Source: Chiloscyllium plagiosum
Taxonomy: Eukaryota
Assembly: GCF_004010195.1 (NCBI RefSeq)
Contig: NC_057755.1
Coordinates: forward strand, 1,663,306 to 1,727,305
Direction: 5' to 3'
DNA length: 64,000 nt
This document shows positions 50,686 to 63,900 of this stretch, piece by piece (within the stretch, counting starts at the first letter, position 1; each line of letters starts with the position of its first letter). Both the position numbers and the translations under genes were made by a program. The notes beneath the pieces are model-generated. The model searched no databases, was not told the DNA's origin, and saw only the letters and a program-made list of their open reading frames with translations.

Positions 50686-51557
50686 TCATACACCATTAAT
50701 TGACAAGAATGATAGATAGATAACAAGAGTTCAACGATAAGGGAGTGAAATGACACAAACCCAGCTTTATGTCTTAAAACTTAAAATGAGGTGAGAGTTG
50801 AGTTTTGCAGAGAAGAATAAAAAGTGTTGCATCTTAAGTATATGTTGAGGATAGTTTTCAGCGTTATTTTACTTGTTTCAAGTAATTCCTTAATTGGAGA
50901 AGTTACATTCCATTGAGAAGCTGTATTTGTGCAAGGTGAGGAATTCTGTTGTGATGCTGAAATTGTTAATACCTACGTGGTGTCGTCTCAAGTAACCAAC
51001 TACCACCACATCCTGGAAGAGCCGCTGTTAAACAAGGAAACTACATCCCTGTTTTGAGGAGAGCAGTTTTCAGACAGACATTGACAAGCAGAATTTAATT
51101 TCCAAATGAACATTGTCAAGTGAAGGATGACACTGAAATAGTGGAATGGATCTCTTTTGGGTATCATTCCTGGCATACAGGGCGGCACAGTAGTTCAACT
51201 GTCATCCCAACTAGACCCACAGAGTGTGGGTCTAGTTGGGATGGTCTTCTGAGGCTTGGTGTGGACCGCTGGGCCGATTGCATGCGGGTTTCAATGGCTT
51301 TACTCGATATGCATGTCCAATGATTGTTATTGATCGATGGAGATTTGTATTATCCAGTGAAGCTCAGTTGCAAAAATATTCTGTCACAACTAGGGAGTTA
51401 CTCACTGCTGTCACCTCTTCGTTCGAAATCTTTAAAAATTAATTGAGTGACTTTGCAATGTGACACTCCCCCAGCTGATGCCAGCTGGGAAAAAGTGTAA
51501 GGCTGTGCGTTTCTATCACCTCAGCATTTACTACGGAGAGATTGGCTGCATAAAGTG

Positions 51558-53900
51558 ATGCACGCAGGAAATATAGTTCCCATTGAAAATGTTTGACATG
51601 ATGCTCCTGATGGTAACAATTCCCGGTAAGTGCTTTGCATCATTGAATTTGTGTGAATATGCCTGAGGACAATCGAATGTTTGACACTGCTATTGTCACT
51701 TATACTTGGACATGTTGCAGCCACCCCCACACAAGGGCAGGCAATTGGTTATGTAGTCTCCAGGGATCCAGCAGAATTCCCATCATCGAAGATTCTAATG
51801 GATTCCAAAAGAATTGCTGGGAAACTCAACTTCCCCCTGGATCATTCATTGCTTCTGGAAACCTTCGAGAAATCTCATTTTTAATTAGAGACTATGGAAA
51901 TGTTTGATAGGATTAAGGAATGTATGCACTTTGGGAAAGGAAAAGCGATGGGCTATTTATGTAGAGAGTGCAATAATATTTAGGGTGAGTTTGGTTCTGG
52001 TTTTTGTGAGAATAAGCAATGCCCTTCTCTGTCCATCTGAAGTAAATATTTAACTTGTAGGTATTTGTGTAAACAATTTCTTTTAAAGCCTGCTTTTGAA
52101 GTCTGACCATAGGCTGAGTGATTTTGTGCACGATTGAACTTCTATTTATTTTTGACTGTTTGCAACCCCGAATGATATTAATGGAGATTCCAATATTGTT
52201 CGAGAGTTCTGCAATCTGAGATTAAGAAAAACGCCCTTAACTCAGAAAGCTTCACTTTCTCGCTTACTATGTTTTGTTATTTGTTTTAGTGAGAGAACTG
52301 GGAATGTTAAAGTGCATTGCAGAGGGCTGTGGAAACCGTCCAGTTGCTTTTTGAAGAAACTGCATGGCGCTTTGTAACTTTTGAAATGCATGAAATAATT
52401 CTTCGTGAGAAGGAATAATTGTAACTCAGTTTAGAACATAAGAATTCATTAGTGATATCACTAGGTTAATATTGCTTATCCTGCTAAGTTATTGTCATTA
52501 TAAAATAAAGTGTTTTCATTTTTAAACAAATGTTGTGAACTCAAATTCTGTTCATCAACTGACTGGGTATTCAGATTATCTGTTTAATTGTTCATTGCCC
52601 CTGAAATGATCAAATTACGAGAGATTGAGCAACAACAGATATTTATCATTATCTATTTTATTGGAAATGATTTGTGTAGCCATGTTCAATAATTGCAGTA
52701 GTGAATCATCTGTATTGTTTTGCATGATAAACTTTATTTATAAAATATAAACAGATACATTGAAAACTATTTCTGTCAGACAATACAGAGAATATCATAA
52801 ACAAGTGACACTTACCAGTTTGAAATTTGCATTTTTGCCGACTCAAAATACACGCCAAATTGCAGCATTTCCTAAATTAAACCAATAATTATTCACTTTT
52901 CAAAACAAGCTATGAGTGGCTCAGTGATCTAACAGATCCTCATTTAATCATTACAGAGAACACTTAGTCAGTGTTTTGTGCCTTTACCAAAGAAACCTAA
53001 GTTTCTCTGTTCTACTTACATTCTTTGTCAAATATTTACATCTTCTCAAGGGTAACAACTCATAATTTTGGAATATAGTGCCCAGAACCACCTCCAGTCT
53101 GTTAATAGCAGTCGAACCAAATCATCCATAGTAGATGAATACCAACACTTTGAATCTCAATTCTCTTTCAGAAAAATGGTTATAGCACTGTAAATGTTCA
53201 TCCACGTAGTTTTTAAAGGTTGTGAGGTTTTCCGCCTCAACTACCCTCCAAGCAGTCAAGTATCAGACCTCACCGCGCTCTAAGTGAAAACCTTTTCCTC
53301 TAATCCCCTCTCAACCCCTTTCCTTTCTCCCCAAAGAAAATTCCACCTTGTCCTCTGTAAATTCTCTGCGCACACTTATTTAAACCCAAGAATGAGAAGC
53401 TTCAAAATGAGTTTACCTTGGAGGTACTTTTTTTAAAAACAGTTGACATCTGAACCATCCCAACTGATCGAGTTAAGTGCTCAGATCTTCGTTGCTCTGT
53501 CGGCAGAAATGGACAACAGTTCATCAGTAATTTGCGATTTGAATTTTACCTACTGTTTCTTTTAGTTAATTTTCTGGTGATTTTTGTTCCCACATAGTGA
53601 AAATGCGACCTTTCTAACAGCACAACACGCTGCCTGCTGGCTATGTTAGTGTTGGGGCTGGAAATGTGTTGCTAGAAAAGCGCAGCAGGTCAGGCAGCAT
53701 CCAGGGAACAGGAGAATCGACGTTTCGGGCATAAGCCCTTCTTCAGGAAATGTTAGTGTTGGATCAACTGTTCGTTGACACTGATGTCATACTGAAGCAA
53801 CGCAAACACTTTTACTTCTCAAGGTGTTTCCTGGACATCAGCTATGTATGCAGTGCTACCTTTGTCCTGATAAATGCAGCCACAGACTGTTTCATCTGTT
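51558..53900 (+). pseudogene. GPR139-like pseudogene (exon 1 51558-51625, 1940-nt intron, exon 2 remnant 53566-53900)
   Basis: Exon 1 is 68 nt from the ATG to the conserved donor, so it is out of frame. Exon 2 reads VNFLVIFVPT**KCDLSNSTTRCLLAM (TAG TGA at 53595-53600), then a 94-nt insertion, then ...CFLDISYVC...AATDC. Homology is lost before the DRF motif. Confidence 0.9.
53656..53749 (-). mobile_element. 94-nt Penelope terminal-repeat insertion with intact hammerhead core (53719-53746) and 13-bp TSD, inside pseudogene exon 2
   Basis: atgttagtgttgg at 53643-53655 and 53750-53762. The insert is the reverse complement of about 15112-15205. Confidence 0.9.
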
Positions 53901-54149
53901 TGGAGATAATGAGTGCTGCAAATGCTGGAGATCATAGTCGGGAGTGTGGAGCAAGAAAATTAAAGCAGATCACGCAGCATCTGAGGTGCAGGGGAATTTG
54001 GTGTCAGCCCTCCAACCATGCTCCAATATTGGCAGCTAGTTGAAATTGATGAGCAGTATCTCCAGCAGCAGTGGTTCGCTTTAGTCACTGACAAAAAAAA
54101 ACAACACTGCACAGTCTTTTTTATGCAGAGGCTTTAGCTCTTTTGGATT

Positions 54150-54435
54150 AGGTATTAAAAGAAAACCCCCATCTGCCTTCTAAAAGTGCTATTTGAAGAG
54201 GAACAGAGGAGTTATCCTTTCTGTCCAGTTAATGACTAAGCCCAGTCAACATTACAAAAAGTAGATAACCTGATTCTTCTAACACTGTCGCGTGAGGATG
54301 TTAGGTGTGCGCAAATTTGTTACTACACTTCCTATATTGCAACAGTGACTATATTGGGAAGAAAAGTAAGCTTTGTAAAACACTGTATAGACTCTGGTGT
54401 TCCCTGAATACTACGTAAATGCAAGAATTTCTTTC
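54150..54435 (+). mobile_element. Old SINE/L2-type 3' tail remnant (DeuSINE-like)
   Basis: Contains gtgtgcgcaaatt...ttcctatattgcaacagtgact and a terminal taaatgcaag...ttcttt. Confidence 0.45.
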
Positions 54436-55349
54436 TGGTTATGTAAACTTGCAAATTTAAAAAATGAACATGCCAACATTATTGTGTCACAGGAAATCAT
54501 TTTGTTTAACATAATCAATTGGTTCCTGGGAGATATGATGTTATGTGAAACAGTCTGTCAGAGATTTACGAGTCATTACTGAGAACGTTGGTTCCCTCCA
54601 TATCTGAGATTTTTGCAGGCTCAACATAGGAGTCATTTGGAAAGCTCGATCTTCAAAGATGGAAACAGTGGGGTTGGCGACGTTTGACCCTTGAGTGTGG
54701 GTCTCGTTCCCTCATGGTACAAACAGTGGGTGCGACTGCATCCACACTGCTTCTTCATTGTCTTTCCAACTCAGTAACTTTATTTTGTTTTGGTTAAAAT
54801 GGGGCGGCCTCCCGCGGGTGGATGGATCCCCGTGTCTCTCCATCTTTGCTCCATCTTTATGGTGGCATTGGAACTTGAGCTGAGAGACCGGCAGTCAACG
54901 TCCAGCACCTGAGGAGATGTGGGACTGCGCAGCGAGGCTGTGTCGAGCTTGGAGGCAGTAGACATGGAAGCAATGGCGCTAGTGGTGGCAGAAAAGAAGC
55001 ATATTGCCAGGATTCTGGGGATATGTTCGTTGACATCGACTGGCAGAACATAGGGTGAAGTCTACGGAGAAGGAAAGGTTAACTTTTGATTTTTTTTTTT
55101 CAGTTTTAGTAAGATCAATTAATGGTGAGGTCCGAGGGAGTGTTGCTGAAAAAACAAAACCTTGGATTGCAGGTTCATAATTCCTTGAAGGTAGAGTCGT
55201 GAATAGGTAAGATAGCGAAGAAAGCATTTGGTATGCTTTCCTTTATTGGTCAGTGTATTGAGTGTCGGGGTTGGCAGTTCATGTTGCAGTTGCACAGGAT
55301 GTTGGTTAGGCCACTTTTGGCATATTGCTTGCAAGTCTGGTCTCCTAGC

Positions 55350-55982
55350 CTTGCACCACCTCCACACGGATCTCCGTTGGCACGCCTAACCCCGCCCTCA
55401 CGCCTACTTGTGGAACGTTTCAGAGAACACCTCTGGGACACCCGGACCAATCAACACAACCACGCCAAGGCTCAACACTTCAACTCCCCCTCCCACTCCA
55501 CGAAGGACATGCAGGTCCTTGGACTCCTCCATCGCCAGACCATAGCAACACGACGGCTAGAAGAAGAGCGCCTCATCTTCCGCCTCGGAACCCTCCAACC
55601 ACAAGGGATGAACTCAGATTTCTCCAGTTTCCTCGTTTCCTCTCGCCCACCTTGTCTCAGTCCCAACCCTCGAACTCAGCACCATCTTCCTAACCTGCAA
55701 TCTTCTTCCTGACCTCTCCGCCGCACCCCACTCCGGCCTATCACCTTATCACCCTCCCCTTAACCTCCTTCCGCCTATCGCATTTCCAACGCCCCTCCCC
55801 CAAGTCCCTCCTCCCTACCTTTTATCTTAGCCTGCTTGGCACACTTTCCTCATTCCTGAAGAAGGGTTCATGCCCGAAACGTCGATTCTCCTGCTCCTTG
55901 GATGCTGCCTGACCTGCTTCGCTTTTCCAGCAACACATTTTTCAACTCTGATCTCCAGCATCTGCAGTCCTCACTTTCTCCT
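55350..55982 (+). mobile_element. Penelope-like element (family B): GIY-YIG C-terminus plus terminal repeat with hammerhead motif (55856-55883), abutting a CR1 fragment at about 55085-55348
   Basis: ERFREHL...AQHFNSPSHS...RRLEEERLIFRLGTLQPQGMN, then CUGAAGA-A-GGGU-UCAU-GCCC-GAAA-CGUC. Confidence 0.88.
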
Positions 55983-55989
55983 GACTCTG

Positions 55990-56534
55990 AGACTATATTA
56001 AATCCTCACCATTTTCTGTCTTTAACCTCCCCCTTTATTTTAATTCATCTCTCTCCAAATTACCCTCCACTAAACCTTCTCCTTTCGTCTATTTGATCTT
56101 TTCTCCATTATTCTCTGTTGAATTCTCTTCAGATTACAATCATTAACTCTCTCAAAGTTGATGTAACCCTTTGTTTTCCCCAGTGCTGTTTAAACATGCG
56201 CACCAGCACCCCTCAACACCAGAATATGTGTTTAAGCTCCGCAATAACGAGAGATGCAGCGTCCTTCCCAAATCATTCCCCACTACCTCTAACATGTGAC
56301 AGCTGCTGCTCTGTGCTGCAGTCTCTCTGGTCGGCGCTGGCACTGTAGATCCATGTCAAAGTGTTGGCGTAGCTCAACAGCAGCCCCACACTGTTAGACA
56401 CAGTAATACTGATGGGAAGAAAAAGTGCACAATTTAACATGAACAAACACAATACTGATATAAAAATAGGAAGAGCTAAAACGCAAAAAAACGATTCACA
56501 TATAAATTTAACAGTTATAATATACAATTATATA

Positions 56535-56591
<57 letters not shown>

Positions 56592-57060
56592 TCAAACATC
56601 TTCAATTCAAAAGGGGTGGCACAGTGACTCACAGCGCCAGGGACCTGAGTTCTATCCCAATCTCTGGTGAATGTCTGACATAGTTTGCGCTTTCTCCCCA
56701 TTTCTGCTTATACTTCCTCTCCTGATGTACGTTATTAAGTTAGAGGTCTGGATGGGCTGCTGTTCAGGGGTCGGTGTGCACTTGTTAGGCTGAAGGGTCT
56801 CTTTTCGCCCTGTAGGAATTCTAAATTTAAGTTGACAGCACTCAATTCGAATTCACAATAGCGTTTCACATAAACACAATCAGCTCCAATACAACAATAC
56901 TTGTATAGGCACAAATAGCTCCACATATAACAGCACATAATGTATATTATACATATAAAACATGAACTCATGTGTATATGAAGGAATTGGAAGATGCAAG
57001 TGAATGTGCTGTTGCTAAATTTGCAGATTATACAAAAATATGTGGAAATGAAAGTTGGCA
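55990..57060 (-). repeat. Inverted partial copy of the cluster unit (AT minisatellite, GC-rich block and start of purine tract)
   Basis: The reverse complement of 56215-56375 aligns with 2390-2540 (caacacttt...cagcacagagc...tctctcgtta...acacatattctgg). The reverse complement of 56860-57060 aligns with about 41290-41600. Confidence 0.7.
56529..56590. repeat. (TA)n microsatellite
   Basis: Read directly. Confidence 0.95.
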
Positions 57061-57062
57061 CA

Positions 57063-57780
57063 TTAGATGTGTTTTCTTTGGTACAGGGATGGTGGTGGTA
57101 TTCATGAACCAGATGTGGATTTCAGATTGTTGGAGGCAGACGTTAAAGAATTCGATGAATGCTTCTGCCAGTTGTTCCACACAGGATCTGAGTGTCTGGC
57201 CAGAGTCTCCATCCGAGCCCATCACTTTCCAAGGATTGTCTCTAACAAAAACTTGTCTCACGTCTGCAGTGGTAACCAAGTGAGCAGGTGTATCAAGGGA
57301 TGGTGGGCAGGAGTCACTGCTCCACTGGCATTCTGCTCAAACCGAGCATAGAAGGTATTAAGCATGTCAGGTAGATAAGCGTCTCTGTCTGTTAGCTTGC
57401 TCTGCTTCATTTTTTTATTCTCTAATATTGTTCAGGCTTTGCCATAGGCGGTGCGAGTCAGTTTTGTCGTAAAGACCCTCTCATCTGATCTGGTTATGCC
57501 TCTTAGCATCAGTGATGGCTTTGCAGAGGTTATATCTGTATTCCCTGCATCGTTCTGAGTCTTCAGATTTGAATGGTCTCAATCTGGTTCTCAATATGGA
57601 GTTGATTCTCTGGTTCACCCAAGGTCTACAGTTAGGGAACACTTGGCTTGAGTTCTTTCTTACACAGTCCTTCATGCGTTTGCGTTAAGTCCTTGACAGC
57701 TGTAATGCATTCATTCAGGTTTTCCACTGAGGATTTGAACATAGTCCAGACAACTGAGTCCAAGCAGTCCCGCATAATGT
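57063..57780 (-). mobile_element. Rex1/Babar-like LINE fragment
   Basis: FPNCRPWVN and VRQVFVRDNPWKVMGSDG...LRSCVEQLAEAFIEFFN...TTIPVPKK match the Rex1-type pre-RT region. Confidence 0.7.
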
Positions 57781-57988
57781 CATTATACTTCATTTTGTGA
57801 AGGTTCCTCCTATTTTAACTTCTGCTTGTAAGCTGTTTCCAATGAAGGAGATAAGGAACTGAGGGTACAGACTCTGAGTGAAGGGACGGTCTTTGGAACT
57901 GAGATGATAATGAAATTTTTCATCCAAAGGGTGGTTATTCCATGAAAATCTTTGCTGCAGAGGGTTGTGGAGGCCAGGACATTGACTG

Positions 57989-60900
57989 TGTGACGATGGT
58001 GCTCGTCTAACAATGTTTTGTTGTTCAAGTCTTTTTCTTTTCTGGAGTGATTGAAAATGCAGCCGTACCCGCCTGTCTTGTTTGCTGTGTTTCAGGGTCA
58101 ATTTCATGATAGCTAACAAACACTGCCTCCGGAAAAAAGCTTTCAATTTTACAAAAAAAATCTTATTCAATGGAAGTGGAATAGCCAGTTCTCTCAGCTC
58201 AGTTTTTCCACTGGTCTAGTTTGGTTGAGTTTCGTATTAACAAGCAGTCAGATTTGTTTGGCTGCTGGAAAAGTAACGTCTACATAGAAGAAGGTGTTCC
58301 ATACTGAATCCCTCTCAGACATCTCACCAGTAAGGCCCTGTATTTGATTTTAGATTTTGTGCCAAGGGATGTTTATGGAGATTATTGCAGAAACTTGGAA
58401 CATCATCTTTAAGTTGGGAATAATCTGTTGAGCTTTCGTCGAGATTAAGTTATTCTGTCGTCTGTTCTCTTCTGTGTTTCATTTGGTAATCTCTAAAAAA
58501 GTTCTAATTTGTTTATAACCGATTGGTTTTAACCAGCCATATCACTCCTGGAATATCCACTTTATAACTGTTCAAAACAACAAGAAAACTGGAATACACT
58601 TGGCTGCATTCTTCAAATATTGTGGGGTGGGGTGGGGGTGGGGGGGCGTGTCTGGCCTGGTCCATAACAAACAGGGAGTTACTCCGAGATCTGATGCATA
58701 TTTATGATTTTGGATTGGGGTTGCTGGACTCGAAGGCAGCGAGTGGTGGTTGCTAGTTCTAGGCGTTGATTCCGCCTAGTTTAAACAGTGTGTTGGAAAA
58801 CAATGGCTCAATCAGTCATGATTAGTTTTATGGAGGTGGAAGAAGTTGACTTTAAGGGATTTACAAAAGGTGAACAAAGAAAAGCTGATGCAATTGGTAA
58901 TCATTTGAAGTTGTACCTATCTCCTTCCGTGAAGAAAGGGGAGATAATTACATTATTAGCTCAGCATTAGAAATTTGCTGGAAACGCCATCAGAATCGTT
59001 AGGGATTGCTACAATTCAACTGAAAATGAACTGATTAAGTTAACAGCAAATGCAAACGAAAGGACAAAAGCAATGACATTCGTGGAATTGCTATTAAAAG
59101 CAGAGAAAAAACCAAAATAACAAATCTATATTGCAGAGCAAAATTCAAGGAAGGAGAAAGAGAGAAAGAAGACACAGCTAGAGACAGAAAGATAGAGGGA
59201 GAAGAAAAGAAGAAAGAGCTGGAGTTTAAATTTCAGAAATTGACAAGTAGATAGGAAATTAGACTTAAAGCATGGAGATGAAGGTTGAAGGTAAGCTTAG
59301 TCAGGAAGAGAGTGAGGATAACCAAACCCATGTTAATTAAAGGACTGGTGAAAGCCCGGTTAAACATATTTACGTTTTGCCTAAATTTGATGAGAAGGAA
59401 GTGCAAGTGTTTTTCGACTGTCTGGGGCATGTGAGGCAGTGACTAAAGCCAACTTTAATGCTTATGAGCTTGTGACAGAAGCCTTCAGAGTACGATTTAG
59501 AAATCTAAGGAGGGACTCTTCTCAAATCTGCATTGATTTGAAATAATCAAACAAAGCAATTTTAATCGGTGGATGAAGTCAGTAAAAATAGAGTAAACCG
59601 ATGACATTCTCAGAGATACAATTATTTTGGATGATTTCAAAAATTCATTTCCTGAATTAGTCAGAACTCAAGTGGAAGAGCAAAGAGTTAAAATGGCAAG
59701 ATTAGCAGCGGAAATGCGTAATGATTATGAGTTGGTCTATAAATCAAAGAGTGGCTTCCAAAAACAGTTTCAAACTGTGAGGATTAGAAATTGGGGAAAT
59801 GAGAAATCACCACGTGGAAAGGGAGACAAAGATCTCGGTAAAGATGATAATGACAAGTTACCACAGGGTGGAAGGGAAACCCTTGATGGAAAAAGAGGAG
59901 TAAAAGTGCTCCAGTGTTTTCACTATGGTAAAATAGGCCACATGAAATCATATTGTTTCGGTTTTTGTAAAGGCACTTGGAAGCCCAACGTAGGAAAACT
60001 GGATTAGACAGTGAAGTTTGTTGGAGTGGTAATGGAAAGCCTATTGGAGTCTAGAAAGCTGTACCAAAATGGACAACATGATTGGATATTGGTTAAGTAG
60101 CAAGTGCCAAATCTTCTTAAACAATACCACTGCAAAGATAAAGTGAACTCGCTTAAGCCAAGAGCAGCAGATAAAAAACATAGAACATAGAACAATACAG
60201 TGCAGAACAGGCCCTTTGGCCCTCGATGTTACGCCGACCTATGAACTATTCTCAGCTCATCCCCCTACACAATCCCATCGATATACATGTGCTCATCTAA
60301 GGATTGTTTAAGTCCCCCTTAGGTGGCTGATTTAACTACATTGACAGGTAGGGCATTCCACGTCCTTACCACTCTCTGAGTAAACACCTTGCCTCTGACA
60401 TTTGTCTTAAATTTATCGCCCCTCAATTTGTAGTTATGCCCCCTCGTACAAGCTGACGTCATCATCATAGACTTTCACTGTCTACCCTATCTAATCCTTT
60501 GATTATCTTGTATGTCTCTAGCAAATCCCCTCTTAGCCTTCTTCTTTGCAATGAGAGCAGATTCCAAGTCTCTCAGCCTTTCCTCATAAGACCTTCCCTC
60601 CAGACCAGGCAACATCCTGATAAACTTCCTCTGCACCTTTTCCAGTGCTTCCACACCCTTCACGAAATATGGCGACCAGAACTGTACACAATATTCCAAG
60701 TGTGGCCGCACTAACGTTTTTTTATTGTTGCATTATAATATTGCGGCTCCAGAACTCAATTCCTCTACGAATGAAACCTAACAAACTGTATGCCTTTTTC
60801 ACAGCACTGCCCATCTGGGTGGCAATTTTCAGGGATCTATTTACATGCACTCCAAGATCCTTCTGCACATCCACACTACCAACAATCTTTCCATTGACCC

Positions 60901-63900
60901 AGTACTCTGCCTTCTTGTTATTCTTCCCAAAGCGCATCACCTCGCATTTAGTTGCATTGAACTCCATTTGCCACTTCTCAGCCCAATCCTGCAGCTTATC
61001 TAAGTCCCCTGCATTCTGTAATATTCTTCTAAACTGTCCACTACTTCACCGACTTTAGTGCCATCTGCAAATATACTACTCCATCCACCTATGTATCCGT
61101 CTAAGTCATTTATAAAAATGACAAACAGTAGTGGTCCCAAAGCAGATCCTTGTGCCACACCACTAGTAACTGGACTGCAGTCGGAATATTTTCCAAGCAC
61201 CACCACTCGCTGCTTTCTTTCAGAAAGCCAGTTTCTAATCCAAACCGCTAAATTACCGTCAATCCCATTCCTCTGCATTTCCTCTAACAGCCTACCACGT
61301 GGGACCTTATCAAAGGCTTCATTGAAGTCAATGTATACCACGTTCACTGCCCTACCTCCATCGACATGTTTGGTAACCTTCTCAAAAACTCAATGAGGTT
61401 TGTGAGAAACGATCTGCCATTGACGAAACCACGTTGACTATCTGAAATCAATTTGTTACTTACTAGATGATTATAAATCTCAGCTCTTATCATCCTTCCC
61501 AAAACCTTTCCTACAGCAGAAGTAAGGCTCACTAGTTTATAGTTACCTGGGTCATCTCTACTGCCCTTCTTGAACAAGGGCACAACATTTACAATCCTCC
61601 AGTTCTGCGGTCCTAAATCTGTGGACAATGACAACACAACGCTCAAAGCCAAAGTCTCCAACATCGCCTCTCTAGCTTCCCAGAGAATACTAGGATAAAT
61701 CCCATGTGGCCCAGGGATCTTGTCTACTTTCACTCATTCGAGAATTGATAACACCTGTTCGTAACTAGCTTCGATCCTTTCTAGCCTAATATCTCGTACC
61801 TCATTCTTTTCCTCTACAATATTCTCCTTTTCCTTGTTGAAAACCGATAAGAAGTGTTCGTTTAGCAACGCTTCGACCTCCACAGGGTCCACCTTCAACT
61901 TGTCATTCTTTCTTTGACTGGCCCTGTTCCTACGGTAGTCATCCTCTTATTCCTCACATTCCTACAGGAAACTTTAGGTTCTCCTTTATTCTATTTTCTA
62001 AAGACTGCTCGAGTACTCTGTTTGTTCTTCTTAACTATCTCTTTTTACATCCTTCTTAGCTAATCTGTAACTCTCCATCGCCTCATCTGAAACATCTTGG
62101 CTCATCAACACATAAGTCTCCATCTTCTGCTTAACAAGAGATGAAATTTCTGTAGTAAACCATGGTTCCCGTATGTTATCGCTTCCTCTCCTCCTGACAG
62201 GGACATACCTATCAAGGACACGCAATATCTGTTCCTTAAACTATCTCCATATTTCCATTTACTGCGTCCCCCGCATTTTGCTACCCCATTCTGTGCATCC
62301 TAATTCTTGCCTAATCGCATTACAATTGCCCTTGCCCCATCGGAAACTCTTGACCTGTGATATGTACCTATCCCATTCCATTACTAAACTAAACGTAACT
62401 GAGTTATGGTCACTCTCTCCAAAGTGCTCAGCTAGGACTAAATCCAACTCCTTGCCTGGTTCATCACCAAGCACCATTTCCAGTGTGGTCTCGCTTCTTG
62501 TCGGCCCTTCGAGACACTGTGTCAGGAAACCCTCATGTACACATTGGACAAAAACCGATCCATCCGATGTACTCGAGTTATAGCATTTCCAGTAAACGTT
62601 GGGGATGTTAAAGGCCCCCATAATGACCACACTGTTCCTTTCACTCCTGTCCAGAATAATTTCGCCAATCCTCTCTTCCATCTCCCTGGAAATCTGGGGA
62701 GGCCTGTGAAAAACTCCAAGCAGTGTGACCTCTCCTCTCCTGTTTCTAATTTCAGCCCACACTACCACAGTAGACGAGTCCTTGTCAAAAGTTTTTTAAG
62801 CCACTGTTATATTATCATTGATTAACACGTTCACACCTCCCCCTCTTTTACCATCTTCCCTGTTCGTAATGAGATATCTATACACTGGAACCTGCAAAAT
62901 CCATTCCTCACCCTGCTCGATTCATGTCTCTGAATTGGCTACAACATCGAAGTCCCAGGTACCCCCGGATACGTCTGGCGTTGAAATGGACACAATTCAT
63001 GCCAAGCTTCTGTCTGCCAGCACATTCCTGTGAACCTGAAATTCTGTCCCTGTCCTCCCTACTCTCAACCCCCTCTGCACTGCAACTACACATCAGGTTC
63101 CCATCCCCCTGCTAAGGTAGTTTAAACCCACCCAAGTAGCACCAGAAATTTTCCCACGCAAGATATTAGTACCCAGCTGGTACAAGTGAAGACTGCCCTG
63201 TTTGTAGAGGTCCCACTTTCCCCAGAATGAGACCCAATTATCCGAGTAGCAGAAACCCTCCCTCCTGCACCATCCTTGTAGCCACGTGTTCAGCTGAAAC
63301 CTCTCTCTATTCCTTGCCTCGTTTTCTCGTGGCACGGGTAACACACCAGAGATAAGAACTCTGTTTGTTCTCGCCCTCAGCTTCCCCCCTAGTTCCCTGA
63401 AATCCTGACTTATTTCCATATCCATCTTTCTACCTATGTCGTTGATACCTACATGGACCATGAGTCGAGGCTGGTCACACTCTTCCTTCAGGACTCCAAA
63501 GATACGGTCCGATACATTACGTAAAGAGGTTAGAATTTTAAGAGTTAAAGAATCCTGCAATCTTTGCTGCTAAAAGATGAGGAAATGTGACTCTGAAGGG
63601 CTATTACAGAAAATATGCGAGTAATAGGAATTCACGGTGAGACAAAAAAACATTCAGTTATGCAAAGTGTGGTTAGAGTAAAGAGTGGAGAGGTTGTGGT
63701 AGACTTATGGGACAAACTATTAGCTCCAGCAGTACACTTACTAACGCTCTAGCTGTTCACAGGTAGGAGTGATGATACTGTAGTTAAAAAGCCAGGCAAC
63801 TAAGTTATTGCAATACACATACACTAAGAGTTTTCCTGAATGTGTGGTAACGAGGTTACAAAATCACCAGTTGAAACAGGAGAGATTAAAGAGTAGAGAT

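Noticed and set aside
53750..54043. 97-aa ORF as a short functional receptor
   Set aside because: Its ATG comes from the TSD. Only about 50 codons are GPCR-derived and the rest is repeat sequence.
55233..55712. 159-aa ORF as a novel gene
   Set aside because: Chance in-frame fusion of a CR1 fragment and a Penelope endonuclease fragment.
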